Shown here: positions 1 to 14,239 of the stretch, piece after piece
Numbering within the stretch: position 1 is the stretch's first letter
Layout of the letters: each line of letters opens with the position of its first letter
NCBI GenBank assembly: GCA_025786725.1
Contig: JAHLTZ010000036.1
Coordinates: forward strand, 203,604-267,603
Source: Syncephalis fuscata S228
Lineage: Eukaryota; Fungi; Zoopagomycota
Length of the DNA: 64,000 nucleotides
Direction of reading: 5' to 3'
Position numbers and translations under genes: made by a program
Notes under the pieces: generated by a model
The model's database searches: none
Told to the model about the DNA's origin: nothing
The model's input: only the letters and a program-made list of their open reading frames with translations

Positions 1-3000
1 ATGGACGTCACATGAACAACACCATTGAACACGTGCCGAAAATCCATCCCTTTTGTTTTGTACATGCTTGTACAGGCGTTGTCTTCACGTGGCAGGCCCA
101 ATAGACGGTTTGCCGTTGCCGTTTTCTAAAATCAAACCACAACATCAACACGAGCAGCATGATGATGAACAATGAACCTATGACGGTCACAGTAAGTAAC
201 CATCTATTATTGTTATTATTATTATTATTAGTATAGCTCATGGTGGACATCACCCATTCTATCAGGTCATTTGCTTTTTACAATTGCCATTGCCATTCTT
301 TGACTCTTTACCTTTTCTTTCAATTTATGTTTTAATCGTTTTTATACGATTATTTCAACATTGATGCTCTTAGCTGTATTTCCAGCTACCAAGTCTTTTA
401 TTTAAGCCGGTAGTTATTTATTCTTCCATCTTACTGTAGCGTACTATTACCACCATTATTCCATAGTCCTTGACATTATCGTCAACTATTTAGCTATTGA
501 TTAATTTACTTGATCTTATCCATTGATTTTAGTTATTACGTTAGTCCACGTGTCTCGTTATACATAGCTCGCTAGCTATAGTAAGGCGTCTTAAAGTGGT
601 AAGTAGTCCAACGCCAACTCTTTATTATTCTTCTTCTTCTTGGATCGATGAGTGCTATTATAATGATCATTATTTGTTAAAAGGGCGGTTGTTGATATGG
701 CGGCGTTATTGCCAACCCTCCTTTGCTTGCTCCGGTTTATCATCGATGCATGTCGTCACTGCTGGTGGCACAGACAAAAAGGACACGTGTCGTCTCTGTC
801 TTTCTGTCGTTTCTGTCTCCTCTTTCACATGACCCTTTTCTTTCTATTCCTGATGTGGTCATGGTTGTTCACAGTGGCCTGCATGATGTATCTGTTCACA
901 CCCTTGTGAAATGTGGTAATGGCCGTACATCAATTGGCATACCAATCAACTGTTTGTCGCTGCTAGATATGCGCATAGATATGGCGCGTGTTCTATTGTG
1001 TGTTAACAGGTGTATGTAGCTGTAAATGTAACCGTAAATGTAGAGGATATGTAGATGTAACCGTCGTTGCAAATGTGGTTGCGTGTGTGAGAGTGCGTGT
1101 GACCATTATAGTCTAGATGCCGAGCACACCATGTCATGGTAATAGAGCCGTAACATCAAACAGCAGTACCATACTATATAATGTTTCAGTTAATTCGTTT
1201 GTTAGTTATTATTTAATTATTTATTGTTACAAGGTTGACATGCAATACTATTGGGTAAATTGCCCTTGATGACCTGTTTATAGCAAATTAACAAATGACA
1301 TGATCACTGGTAATTAATGTACCGATTTAACATTTGTCTTGCCTGTTTCAAGGTCGGTAGAAAGGTTGAAACCATTTATCCTCTTTGGATGAAACAAAAC
1401 ACGTGCCAATAGACCAGCATGAACAGATCGTGTCCATCGGATGATGTTGCTATTGATAATCACGAATTAATGTGTCCTTGTCTAGACACAAGTATATAAT
1501 AGATGAGTGATCACACTGATTTGTAATATATAGATGGGAATGATTAAATATTGTGATTGCTAGTAATATTTGTATGTATCTATGAACATGTGTATGCTAC
1601 AAGTGAGACAAAGGAGTATGTGTGCCTGTGTGTGTGTGTTAAGCCAGCCCATGTGCACGGCATGTCCAACGATATCCACCACATGCTCTCCATCTACGCA
1701 TGGTCATATCATCTAGATGCTGTCTGTGTACACACAATGGCCGTGTAGAATTATAAATGAACTGTCCCTAATAATAGAGCACACATGGTCAGTGACTTGT
1801 CGTTCACCTTATACCGGTTATTCTTTAGCAATCCATTATCGCTTTTTAGTTTCTCGCTTTCATTCTTTATTCTTACGCTTAAGCCACCGTGTCACTCGTT
1901 GCTTTACCATTAATCATTGTTGTTATCGTTATTGTTAATTATTATTGATCTATTGTTTTATTATTCCTTCTCTCTCTCTCTCTCTACCTATGATCCATTA
2001 TTGTTATAGTGGTGTAAGCCTTATCCTTGCCATTATATCGCCATTTCCATCGCCGTTACTAGCCAATAGTCTAATTGTTTAATTGCCTATTTGTTCGCCA
2101 GTCTATTAGCCATTGTCGTCACGCCTATCGTTGTCGTCGTTGTTGTTATTGTTGCTCGTATTCATACTGTATTCATTTGCCTTGTAAATCCATTTGGTGT
2201 AGCCACATCTCCTATTTTCCCCTCATTGCCTTCTCCTTCTCCTTTCGATCGCTGTTACTGTTACTGTCACCGCCACCACATCATCACCGGCTTCTCTGTC
2301 CCGTCTCTCCTTTGTGAAAGAGCTGACGGTTTGAGCCCCGTTCTTTTTTATTGCTACCACCTGTTACTACCACCATTTCTGTTACCGCTATTTCTACTAC
2401 GTTGTTACTATTGTTGAGGTGCAATACTTTGATTTTATTCTCGTAAGCTTTGCTCTATTACGCCAACGCACAAGAACTAAAGGTAGGCTATTTCTATTTC
2501 TATTATTGTTGGGAGTGGTGGCTATTCTACTATAGCATTGATCTCGACTTGTATGGTTACGCATTTTGCCTATTTTCTTTATTTTGCCGATGATGGTTAT
2601 GCTTGAACCGATATGCCGACGGCAATTGTGGTCTCTTGTCCTTGCTTTTTCTCCTTGGAAATATAGGTGTACGCGCGTGGGCGCGTGACTTGTCCTGTTC
2701 TACCTGTCCCTTCGCCACTGCACATTGCGATGGTGATGATGATGATGGCCACACCCACCCATCCACATACAGTGACTACTACTGCACTTGCCATTTTTCT
2801 TTCCCGTTCATTTTCGCTCTGCCTTGTTTGCCGCGTGGCAAATGGCATCCACATGTCCGGGGATCCATTTTACCTTTTTTGGATGCACAGTATGGCATGG
2901 ACATACTCACACACACACACACGCACACACAATGAGTGGGTGATGGATTGGCCATGGCATGTTTTAATTCTAAATACTTAATCATTGTCTACGGGAATAG

Positions 3001-3393
3001 ATAGAATTGGCACGACAGAGCCACGCCTTTCTTCTTTGCCACTCCAGTCTCTTTATTCTATTCTATTCTATTCTGTCTATTCAATTGTCTACAGGGTCTA
3101 TTGTTCGTATTATTTGCCCTTCTACTATAATTAAGCTTGTTTAATCTCCTATTCTGTAGTAACCGTTGATTTGTATCTGATTCGTGACAACGTGGCAAGC
3201 TGTCACTACTTGTTTTCGAAACGTGTATAGGAGTACTATTGCTATTTGAAGCGATCCTATTTATTGAAACAGTTCTATTTATTGATATTCATTGATTGCT
3301 TCCACTTTTAGTCTTCAAATCTTTTATTATTCACTTTGCTTTTATTTCTTTTTATCGCTGTGTTTACACATATTGACCACATTATTATTTAGT

Positions 3394-5568
3394 ATGCCAC
3401 GTGTACTTGCGCCTGGTGCGCGATTCGCATCCAACACCAACACTACCCATCTCTATCAACAACAGCAACAGCAACAGTACCAGAGTCACCACCATCAACA
3501 ACAGCAACAGCAACAACAGCCGCTCGTATCATCTACGTTACAAGAGGCGATATCGTTTGATACCATGAATACTCATCATTCATCATACTTTAATGGATCA
3601 GGTAATTAATACGCTTTATATACTATTACAATAAACTAACAACTGATGTATGTACTTATTAGATCCCCACGCACATCGACGTGCTTCTATTACAGGTTAC
3701 GAATCATCACTGCCTGTTCATTCCACTGCTACTACTACCAGTACTTCTTCTACTTCTACTACTGCCAATTCATCTACTATTATGACTTCTTCTACACTAC
3801 CATCCATTTCAGGACTGGCCTTGCCTTGTCCCACCACAACAACGGCATCTGATCTACCGAGTACAACTTCTACAACTTCTGGTCCATCTACCGCTTTGTA
3901 TACCATGAGACGCAGTTCCATGACCGATCCTTTCCTGCATGCTTCCAACAATTACCACTCGTCTCATTTATCTCACGATAACGGTTCTAATAATAATAAC
4001 ATAAATAATAATAATACCAGTAATAATACCAGTAATTCTAATTCTAATAACAGCATATCGTCCAAAATGGCCCACCGAGTCACTCTATCAAACGGAAACA
4101 ATAGCACAACTATGGTGGATACCACGGGCATGAATCCATTTGGTAGACGCCACTCGATTGCCGCTACGACAATGGCCATCCATAGTGGTAGCAGTAACGC
4201 TACCAACAGCAGCAATAGTAACAGCAATACACATAGTCCTTCTATGAGTATGGCTACTATCAAGGAGTATGAGCCTATTATGACACCATCGGCCATTGGT
4301 AGTGCCAATGGGCATCATAGCCAACACAATAGCTTTATTGCTCCATCCAATAGCACCACCACATCGATGTCAAGTCGTAAACGTATAAGATCCAATTCAC
4401 CCATCGGTAATGGGCTATTGAGTGATATCAACACATCTACCACCATGTCACCCACTGTATCTCATGTTATGCTGACCTCTAATGGATTGAATAACAACGG
4501 CAACAGCGCATCTATAGTTGGATTTAAACGATATGGCTACAATCAAACTGGTATGGGACAATTTAGTAGCAGTCCCACATTACCGGGTGCATCTCCAAGT
4601 ATTGCTCATAATACAGGTGGTCATCCACAGCCTAGTTATGAACATAACCACACATCAATGCCACATTATAACATTAATACGAATAATAGCAATGGTATGA
4701 TGTTATCGGGTAGACGTAACACGATGCCGTGCATTACGCCCTTCAAGAGTCAGCATCATCCATCCCACCAACATCCATACAGTATGGCTGAAGAGAGTAA
4801 TGGCGAAGGTCATTATGTATGTTCACCAGATGCTGGTGGTAATGACTCGTCATCATCTTCACCGTCGCCATCATCGATGACCCATAATAGTCATGGCAGT
4901 GCAGCAATGCAAGGAACGATGATGTTGGGACACCATAACGGTGTTGGTGCCGGTAATATGAATAGAACACGGCGTAGGGCATCGTTGGCGGTATTCAACA
5001 ATATTGATGCTAGTCATCATGGACATCATAGCGGTAATGGACCCCGACCCGAGGCACCCTATGCACGTTCACCTGAACTACGTATTACTCATAAATTGGC
5101 AGAGAGACGTCGACGACAAGAAATGAAAGAGCTATTTGATGATTTGCGTGAAGCATTGCCCGTTGAACCACATTTAAAGACCAGTAAATGGGAAATACTA
5201 ACCAAAGGTAAATAGAAATGCTATAGAAATGTTATATGCAGACTTGTACTAACTGGTTTGTTGTAGCATTGGAAACAATTCATTCGTTAAGGGATCAACA
5301 AGTGGACATGGCAGATGAAATCAAACTACTGAGACAGCAACTGAATAATGCCGGTATTGCACCCGTAAATGGGCCATCGTCTTCTACTTCCATCACGTCT
5401 AACAGTATGAATATAACGGCGACAACCAATACGTCCGGTAATATGACAGCTCAATCACCTGAACAAGTATCACAAGATGAGACAGTGTCGGCGACCCATG
5501 TTGTCTACACTACAACAACAACGACGACAACGAACACGGCCCATGAGATGAAAGAAGAAGCGATGTAG
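3394..5568 (+). CDS. bHLH transcription factor, Esc1/DevR-like (3 exons: 3394-3601, 3663-5207, 5267-5568)
   Basis: C-terminal PYARSPELRITHKLAERRRRQEMKELFDDLREALP..KTSKWEILTKA resembles the fungal Esc1/DevR bHLH subfamily. GT-AG introns join the ORFs in frame. Long Q/N/S/T-rich N-terminal region. Confidence 0.9.
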
Positions 5569-6125
5569 ATTACCAGATGACTAGCAATGAATAAGCAATC
5601 ATAGTTACAATTCATTTTATTAATCTAGCATCTAGTATCTAGTAGTATCTATGGTCTTTATTAAGAAGTATATTATAGTATAGTATATACTATATACTAT
5701 CTATATACTCTCTTTCTGGTCTTTCGTGTATTTGATTATATTATTTTCTGTTCTGTCTTGTTATTATATCTGGTTTTATTGTTATTATTATATTATCATT
5801 TTTATATGTGACGTTTCTCTACATGTTTTAATGCTTTAATCTTTTTGTGATGTTTAATGATTTTATTGAATACAATGAGTTAATATGTAAATATTATACG
5901 TATTTATTACGATGTTATCCTATAAATATGATTTATAACGTTGTCAAATGACTACTGTTTTACGATTGCGTATGATTAATTAAATGCAGTCAATGATGAC
6001 ATATTTATAGTCATTTATCAAATCACGTCTTTTTTCTTTTTATTTACCATTTCTATTCAATAACTTGCTTGTAGTTTCTACGGCTATTAAGAAGCTTGTT
6101 TACTTGTCTAGTTATTCACTTGAGT

Positions 6126-9100
6126 ATGGTAACATTTGGTGCTTTGACCCCTTTAAAGGGGCCGTTATCGTCTAGTCTATCTGTGCCTACAGGTAGCCAG
6201 TCATTGTCCTCGTCATTAGTCTCACCTCTAGCGAATAATGGATCAGCCGGTCAGACAAATAGTGGTGCTGGCGACAATAAGCCTCTAGTCAATGACGATA
6301 GTGTAAATAGTGGTGCTTCTGCTTATTGCATTGCGTCATGTGGCGGAGATCTATTGATTGCACATGGCCAACAACTTCAATTGGCGAACTTGCGTGATAT
6401 AGAGGATGCAGCTCGACACGTCACTGTTAAATCTACACACAAAGACACACCGTCTTTACCACCACCACAGCAGCCAGTACTAGGTGACACATTAGGTGGT
6501 GTATGGCCACTACCCACTCTACTCGAACAAGTAAATACTTGGGTAATTAGTTAATGTTAATACAAAGTGTGACTGCATGCGCTAACCAATACTGTGTAGA
6601 TACTTGAAGCGGATGCCATTAAATTTACTGTTAAGCATTTGTCTGTATCGCCTAATCATCGATTGGTCGTTGCAGTAGGAGAATATCAAATGGCTATCAT
6701 TGCTTTGCCGACAGGTCGTCATCATTACAATCCGTTGAAATCGTCGTCAGAAACAACAACCACGGCCAATTCGGCTAAATCTTTAGTAACATCGCTTTAT
6801 TGCTCGTAGGTCATTATAATAGATAGAATAATAGTATGCTTATAGTTATTTATATATTAGGAGCTTCCTATTAGGCCATCAATACCATAATAATAGCGGA
6901 GAGTCAGCACGTATTTTAAAAGTGGACTGGCATCCATTAAGTGAAGCAGATGTTCATTTAGGTGTATTAACCGATGATGGATTAATAAGGTAGATAAATA
7001 AATAAATAAATAGTGAGCTGTATAATTAATAAATTGATTTGATTAGATTATATGATTTGGGAAAGAATTTGGAAGAGCCAGAACAATTGATTGATTTGAC
7101 AGATCGATTAGGATTTAAACAAAGATTACGTAAAAGCGCTGGATCAAGTAAAAATGCATCGATATTTGCTGTTGATCCTGAAAGTACACAAGTAGTTACT
7201 TTTTCATTTGGTCGATCTGAAACGAGTTGGTCTTCAATGGCCGCCTATGTACTTATGTGTAATGGCGATATCTACACCGTCTGCCCTATTCTACCACGAC
7301 GATAGTAAGTAGTCTAACTAAAAAGTAGCATTGATGTTTAAGTTTATTTGTAGTCGACTGAGAACAAGCCATGTTCAACAAATGCTTACTCAAGCTGAGC
7401 GTGACCGTGTTGAATTGGGCTTTTCAGATGATGAGGCCAAATTAGAATTGCTTGGGCGAGAAATTGAATGGCTTTCACAGCAGTTATTATTAGGCACATC
7501 ATCGAGTAAAGGCAAAGAGTTGGCCGATAGTATAGAGTCGACCGACGGTGATCCTATGATCATTGTGACTCATGAATCTAAGACAAGTCAATTGTTACCG
7601 GATGTCAGCGCACAAGGCCCATATTTGATGCAACCAGCACCTTGGGAGATTGACGATAATATTCATGCAGCCTGTGACTTATTATGCCTGCCGACTAATC
7701 CAACTGATTTAATTGTCATTGCTTATACAAATGGTAAATTGGATGTCTGTGTGGCAGCCGATCCGCCTGAACCAAGTACAGGTGTTTGTTTTTGGGATCA
7801 GGTAATATGAACGAGTTTATTAAATACAGCTATTAACTTATGGACTGGTTAGGATGAGCTCGATCTGCCTTGTTTAGTAGTTCATGAATGCTTACAGCTA
7901 TTTGAATCTACACCGAATATGGGACAGTTAACGCGTTTAATAGCCGATCCATCTCATATTGATATGTTTTATTGCTATCATGCTGATGGTGTATTTCTTA
8001 TTGACTGTCATGCCTGGCTAAGTATTATGGAGAAGTGGTGGATATCAGAAGGTGAACTGGATTTAGATCAAGCAGAGTTGCCAGGATCTACAGTTAAGAA
8101 TCTATTACGCTGTGTTTCTGACACACCAGTGAACAGGTAGGTTATTATTATTGTTATTATTGTTATTATTGTTATTATTGTTATTATTATCAACAGTGCA
8201 GTATAATATTAATGGGTGTCAATATATGTATTTATTAGTTGTCTTGACGAAGATGTAGAGGGTGAGACATGGCCCATAAATTCATTTGAATTGTGTATTA
8301 TCAATGACGCAGCCATTAATTACTCCATGGTCTATGTGTCAGTTCGAGAACAATTGGTGCTGCAAGAGTTACAGCCTCGATCTGAATTAGAAGGACTTCG
8401 GTTAGGTGCGAGTGATGTTGATGAAGAAGTAGATGCCGAACATGTATCATTATTGAATATCGATGTCTTTTCAGGTACAGGTACTACAGCAACTACGACA
8501 CCATATCAAGATACAGCTGGTCCAAGTGATACGAATAGAACATCCTATGCCACACTACTTGATGCCAATGATAAATCAAAGAATGCTGCCCAGCGATTAA
8601 TGGCTTTAACGAAAAGTCTACAAGATAATGCAGCACCTCGTCTTGTACTACCCCAATCACTTAGTAGAGGTGTGGAAAATATTGATTTCGATAATGGCGA
8701 TGATAAAGAAACGACTGCTCTATTAGAAGGGCATATACAACATTGTAAACAAGTTATTGAAGCATATCTATTGCGTATAAAGACCGTAAGAGAAGCTGTT
8801 AACTATATGGGAAAACGGTAAATAATATATATAGTATATATAATATAAGTACTAATATCTTTTTATTAGAGCAACGACACAACAACAGGAAATTGGCCGA
8901 CAAAAAACGGTTATCGACAATTACGGTCATAGAATCCAAGATGAATTGCAAGAACGAGCTACCACCACCAATGAACGTATGGCTAAATTGTTGGAACAAC
9001 AACGACGATTAACACGACGAGCAGCCGATTTGACACATCGATCCGCCGCCTATCGAGATCCATCACTTAACAAAAAGGAAAAAGTCTTTTTAGAAACATT

Positions 9101-9580
9101 ACAAAGTATGAAGCAGAAATTAGCACAAATGTTTGAACGTATTGAACAGGTAAGTAATTGGTCAAGATTAAAGCGTATTAAATAACACTAATGCATAATT
9201 ATATAGATTTCATATGAGGTTAAACGAGTACAACGACAATCATCAGGAAAAACGACAACTACAACAACAACAACAACTACGACGACTACATCGGGAGGAT
9301 TGTCCAATCATCGTGAATCAACTGTAACAACACAAACAGTTGATCGATATGGATCCAATGGTGTGCCAGTAGAACAATATGAAGAGATTGAATGTGCTTT
9401 ACAAAGCGAGTAAGTATTTTCTAATAGTTATACATAATTATATTGATTAATGTTATATAGACGAGTATGTTAAATAGAGCGGTAACACTACTTGAACATA
9501 TACAAGACCGTATGAAATCGATGGGGATTGACGATACTGAAGATAAAGGAAATGAACAAGGCACACACATTAATAAATAA
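6126..9580 (+). CDS. NUP82: Nup82/Nup88-family nucleoporin (multi-exon)
   Basis: Spliced motif VDWHPLSEADVHLGVLTDDGLIRLYDL..EPEQ, then YVLMCNGDIYTVCPILP and QGPYLMQPAP, and a C-terminal coiled-coil-like region. The last exon needs a 1-nt correction near 9460. Confidence 0.82.
8140..8190. repeat. (TTATTG)n microsatellite in a Nup82 intron
   Basis: Direct reading: ttattattattgttattattgttattattgttattattgttattattat. Confidence 0.8.
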
Positions 9581-9838
9581 ATACTACTTGGTCTATGTAT
9601 ACTATGATAATTAAAATTATGATTATTATTTCACGACTGTGCACAACAAACAAACAAACAAATAGAAAAAAGAAATAGAGAGAAATAGGTTCAAACATTC
9701 AAGATAAAGACGACATAGGTAGGAATATGAGAATAGGAAATATTGTTATTACTTTAAACAAAAATATTAAAAAAATCTGAATAAAAGACTTGTAAACATT
9801 GAATTAACTGGAGTCAATACGTTTGTATCTAAATGGTA

Positions 9839-12538
9839 TTAGTTTGAAGTAAATGGCGGTGTAGAAGAACTTGATGAATTTAACAAAGGTGACGAAGATA
9901 CTGAGGACGATGTCGAGGTTAACATAATATTATCGGTATCTTCATGACTATGAATACTACTATTGCTACTACTACTATTAATATGATTGCTAGTATTAGA
10001 TGGTGTAGTAGTAATGCCAAGTGTATCGATAGTCTCTTGTTCATCGTTAGTCATAATAGTCATGGGACTAGTATGTCTAGAATTGTTTTCTGAAAGCGTA
10101 TTTAATGGCAGAGTAAATGTAGTACGAGATGTTGTGTGCTGTGCACGTTGTTCAGCACGCACCATCATATTGGCATAATCATTGGTTTCCATTAATACGC
10201 GGATCTCTTCTAGTAACTGGATATTATCATCGTGACCTGATGGATTAAATGATAATGAAGTACTGCTACTGTTATTGCTGCTGTTGCTAATAGTGTTATT
10301 ATTTGTGGTGGTGATGCAAGGCCAGGTGATGTTTGATTTAGTGTATCATCGAGTGCTAATGGAGAAAGCATTGGCGATAAATGAGTGGTTGATTTAGAAT
10401 CAGTTAAATAGTCGGAAAACTTTTCTATGGGACTGCTAATTACCGAATGATCATCCTCGCACTATGTTGTTTTACAGAGATTGGTGATGAGGATTTAGTA
10501 GTGGTGGCTGTAGTAGTCGTGGTCATATCCACTTGATTCATATCAATCATATCCTCAAATTTAACTAAATCTGACAATGAATCTGAATCCATAGAATCAC
10601 TATTGCTATTGCTGCTGGTAATGGTGTGGGCAGTAGTAGCAGTAGTGGTAGTTAGCTCGGCCATTAGTGAATCGTAGCGTTGTTATGATATTTATGCGTA
10701 TTGAATCTAGAATAGAGGCTGTTGTTGCTGTATTTGTGGAATTAGTGGTAGTAGTGGTGGTGGTGTGAACATTGCCCATGCTATAGTCGTGCCATGTTGG
10801 AAACATTAGTTTGTCAGATGACTCGTTTGTGTTGGCCATTGCTCGGGCTGAATAAGGGTTTGTTTCCCGTGTGGTATGCGATAGATTAGATGGGGAGAAT
10901 ACATTAGACCATGAGCTATTGGATTCGTTCATATTGTGTAGGCTATTGTAATGGCCACTATTCATGGACGAGTTTGAAAATGCTGTGGCGCTAATGTTAT
11001 TTAATGATCCAGATGATACTGATGTTAATAATGGTGCTATGGGTGGCGATGTCGTACTTGATAGAATCGATGAAATATTAGGATTGTTACTTGAATTATT
11101 GGCGGATGTAGGGAATGACGGTAGCCAATTAGTGTAAGAGTTGAGTTGTTGTTGTAGTTTTGTTGAATCGGCTAGATTTGCTGAAGTGTAGTTATCGTAT
11201 TTCATCGTGGCCATCATGGCTGTTGGATTAAGGCCGTTTAAGCCTGTATTGGTCGATGATACATTAGTGCCAAATGGAGCAATTAGACTAAAGGCTGGAT
11301 AGTTCATTTTAGATGGGCTCATAAAGGGGAAGCTAGTGCCCATTGTGGTGTTAAGTGTTGTTGATGTCGAAATGGCGTTGTTGTTACTCATACTTGTTGG
11401 TAGTGATGGTGGGCCCGCTGTGGTCATCATAATGGACTGCCGTTTGTTTAGCATAGTAGTTGGACGTAGACGTTTGGCTGAATTGCCTATAGTATTCATG
11501 GTGTTGGCGCGTGATGATGTCGTGAATTCGGGTGCACTAATCACACGTCGTTTTTTTGTCTTATTATCAATACAGCCAGCGTTTTTTAACAGCATTGCCG
11601 ATGACGAAGACACTGAAGAGGACGCCGACGAGGACGATGAAAGTAAAGGCGTTGAAGGTGTACTCGATACTTTAGACGACCGTTTCCGGGATCGCCCACT
11701 AGATACAGGTCCTTTAGTACGTGAACGTTTCATAGTGCCATCTGCTTGGATCTCTCTATAAAAGTTCTCGTGGATAATCCAATAAGAGCCTTTTCCTCCT
11801 TCGCCTGGTTCGCGTGGCACACGAATAAAGCATTCGCCTAGTGTTAAATTATGTCTAATCGAGTTCTATTTCATAGTTAGTAAATAGAATAGTAACAGCA
11901 TAAAGCAATTTAATAAACGAACCTGCCAGCCGTGTTCATCCATTCGGTAGTAGGGATGTCGTTCGGCAATTGATTTGTAAATGCTAGCTAGTGTAAGTTA
12001 CCATGTTCCGAGCAGAAAATAGCCTGACTAATAAGTGATCGGTACGACAGATTTGGCTTGGTATGTGTATTATCCGGTACGCGGGACAACTCACTGCCCA
12101 TGCTACTAGTCAATTGAGCATGGCGGTAGTTATGGCCATAGGAGCCGTGGCGATAAAGGCCGGATCTTTAAGACTGAAATCGCCACATGATACCGTACCC
12201 AAAGAGGTGTGTAGATTATTTTGTGTCGATAGCGAACGATCTAAAGGTAGTGTTTTGGGCAGAGCAGTTAGGCTGTGATAGCCGCCGCTAAAGATATTCG
12301 ACATAGAGCTGATCGATGCAGGGATAGCTGCGCTGTTTGGCGATATTGATGCAGCAAATAGCTTGGGTGCAGTTAGTTGGTTCGAAGACATTGCTTTGTT
12401 CGGCAGCTTTGTCATTAAACCCATGGAGGACGCGGTGGACAGTGTCGGACAAAACGATGAACTTGTCGTCACCAGTGCCGGCTGGTTCTGCCCAAAGGAG
12501 CGCGACGGAGCAGTAGGTAAATTGTTGTAATCACACAT
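9839..12538 (-). CDS. Forkhead-domain transcription factor 1 (about 6 frameshifts in this assembly)
   Basis: [39 protein letters not shown]|[29 protein letters not shown], with an intron at ~11866-11922. The frame breaks near 12115, 11997, 10700, 10680, 10460 and 10320, and each break is repairable by adding one base. Confidence 0.85.
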
Positions 12539-14239
12539 GAATACTATTGGCTAGCGCACATCTAGTTTTAATGGTGCACTGTTTTTATAAAGGTAATTAG
12601 CCATTAATATAAAATGATACGCAAGTAGTTATATAAGTAGTAAAATAATAGAAATAACAAATAAAAGGAGTGCAAAGTTTAAATTAAGGTGTATTGAATA
12701 ATGCATAGTATGATAAACAGCAACAGTGATACATAAGTACTATTATGTATGTAATATATAAATGTGCATGTAATAATCAAAAAAGGAAATGTTAATAAAT
12801 GATTGCTTACCTATTCTAATACCGTTCGACGGGAGAAAAAGTTGGTGTAGACGGTTGATTGGTTGATAATGGGCACAAATGCTTGATCAATCTATAGAGT
12901 AATAATCAAAAAACAATGCACCACAATTCAGTGTGGGGCAGTAATTGGTAGTTTAGGAGACGATGTGGCGCGATAGGCCCACAAATTAAATTATTAATAA
13001 CGCAATGGATGCGAAGGGTAATAACGTCGAATGAAAGCGCGTGAAAAGATTAAGCAGTGCTGCAGGAAGGGATAAATGCGCAATTCGGACGCAGAGTTAA
13101 TTGCGGGTGCAAGCAGACTGACATACACAGGAAAACGTGTCAAATAAATGATAATAATGATATTGGCGAGTGCACGACTAGTGAGAAGCTAAAGTTAATA
13201 GTTATATTGACGTAGCACGCGTAATTGGCATCGCTTGATTTATACAATTAGAAAAAAGGGGCGTGGAAGTAAAGGACTGAACTGGTGTTGACACGTAGGT
13301 TCGCGTGGCCGGCAAAAGTTGCGGGACAGCCAGATGGACAAATATGCTACAACAAGGGAGAATTGAGCCGTTCAGGGTTGATTATTAGGGCGTGGCAGGA
13401 TAACGGTTATTGCACGAGGCCAGGAGTACAAGGGTCGAGTGGGCCGCGTGCATGAGGTCGAACAGAGAACGAGCGAGTACGCGCCCTGACGACATTGGAT
13501 AAAAAAGGGGGTGGGAAGACGTAGAAAGGCCGATGCGCCGTCGATAAGTAACAAGAGATACGCGAAACTTAAAGTGTAAATATTAAATGCTAGCTAGTTA
13601 TAGTAATCAATGAATGAAGATGCATGATGCAGTGAGTGTGCGGGGAACTCTATTGCTGGGGTGGTTTGCTAGTAATTTAAGAGTACTTTTATCTTATTAT
13701 ATCTAATAGAAAAGTAGCTTGTGCTGTCTGCATTTTACGCTGATGCAAGAAAACTATGTATTTAAATTTAAAAGTTTATTATCTAGGTGAATGAGTTAAA
13801 ATGTTAATATTGCTAAAGTAGGAGTATTGGTAAAAATATATACTGTGAATTGGCCGACTTTGATAGCTAAATTATTTACTATTTTTGAGTTACGTATATA
13901 TTAATAAATTGCTAATAGCATGTATAATAGAATAAAAGCACAAATTGTGTCACTAAAAATAATAGATATTACTAGCCAAATCATATCTGTTAATGATATC
14001 ATATCTATATTAAAATTCGTCATCTATGAATATTAACCAGTTGGCTTGGCAAATGAACGTGGTTTATTAAAAAAAGGAACGGGCCAAGCCTTTAATTGCA
14101 CTATCTGTTGGCTGGCTAAAAGGGTACACTTGTGATAATGATAAATATAAAACTATCCTTTAGCTTTTATTTATAAGCCATTAATAAAATTGTAATTATA
14201 CGCAGATAAAGGTAATTACATTTTAGAAACATTTATATA

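Noticed and set aside
8-253. 81-aa ORF with poly-N and one TM segment at the window edge
   Set aside because: No recognisable family. It may be a frameshifted start of a gene running off the window, which cannot be supported from this window.
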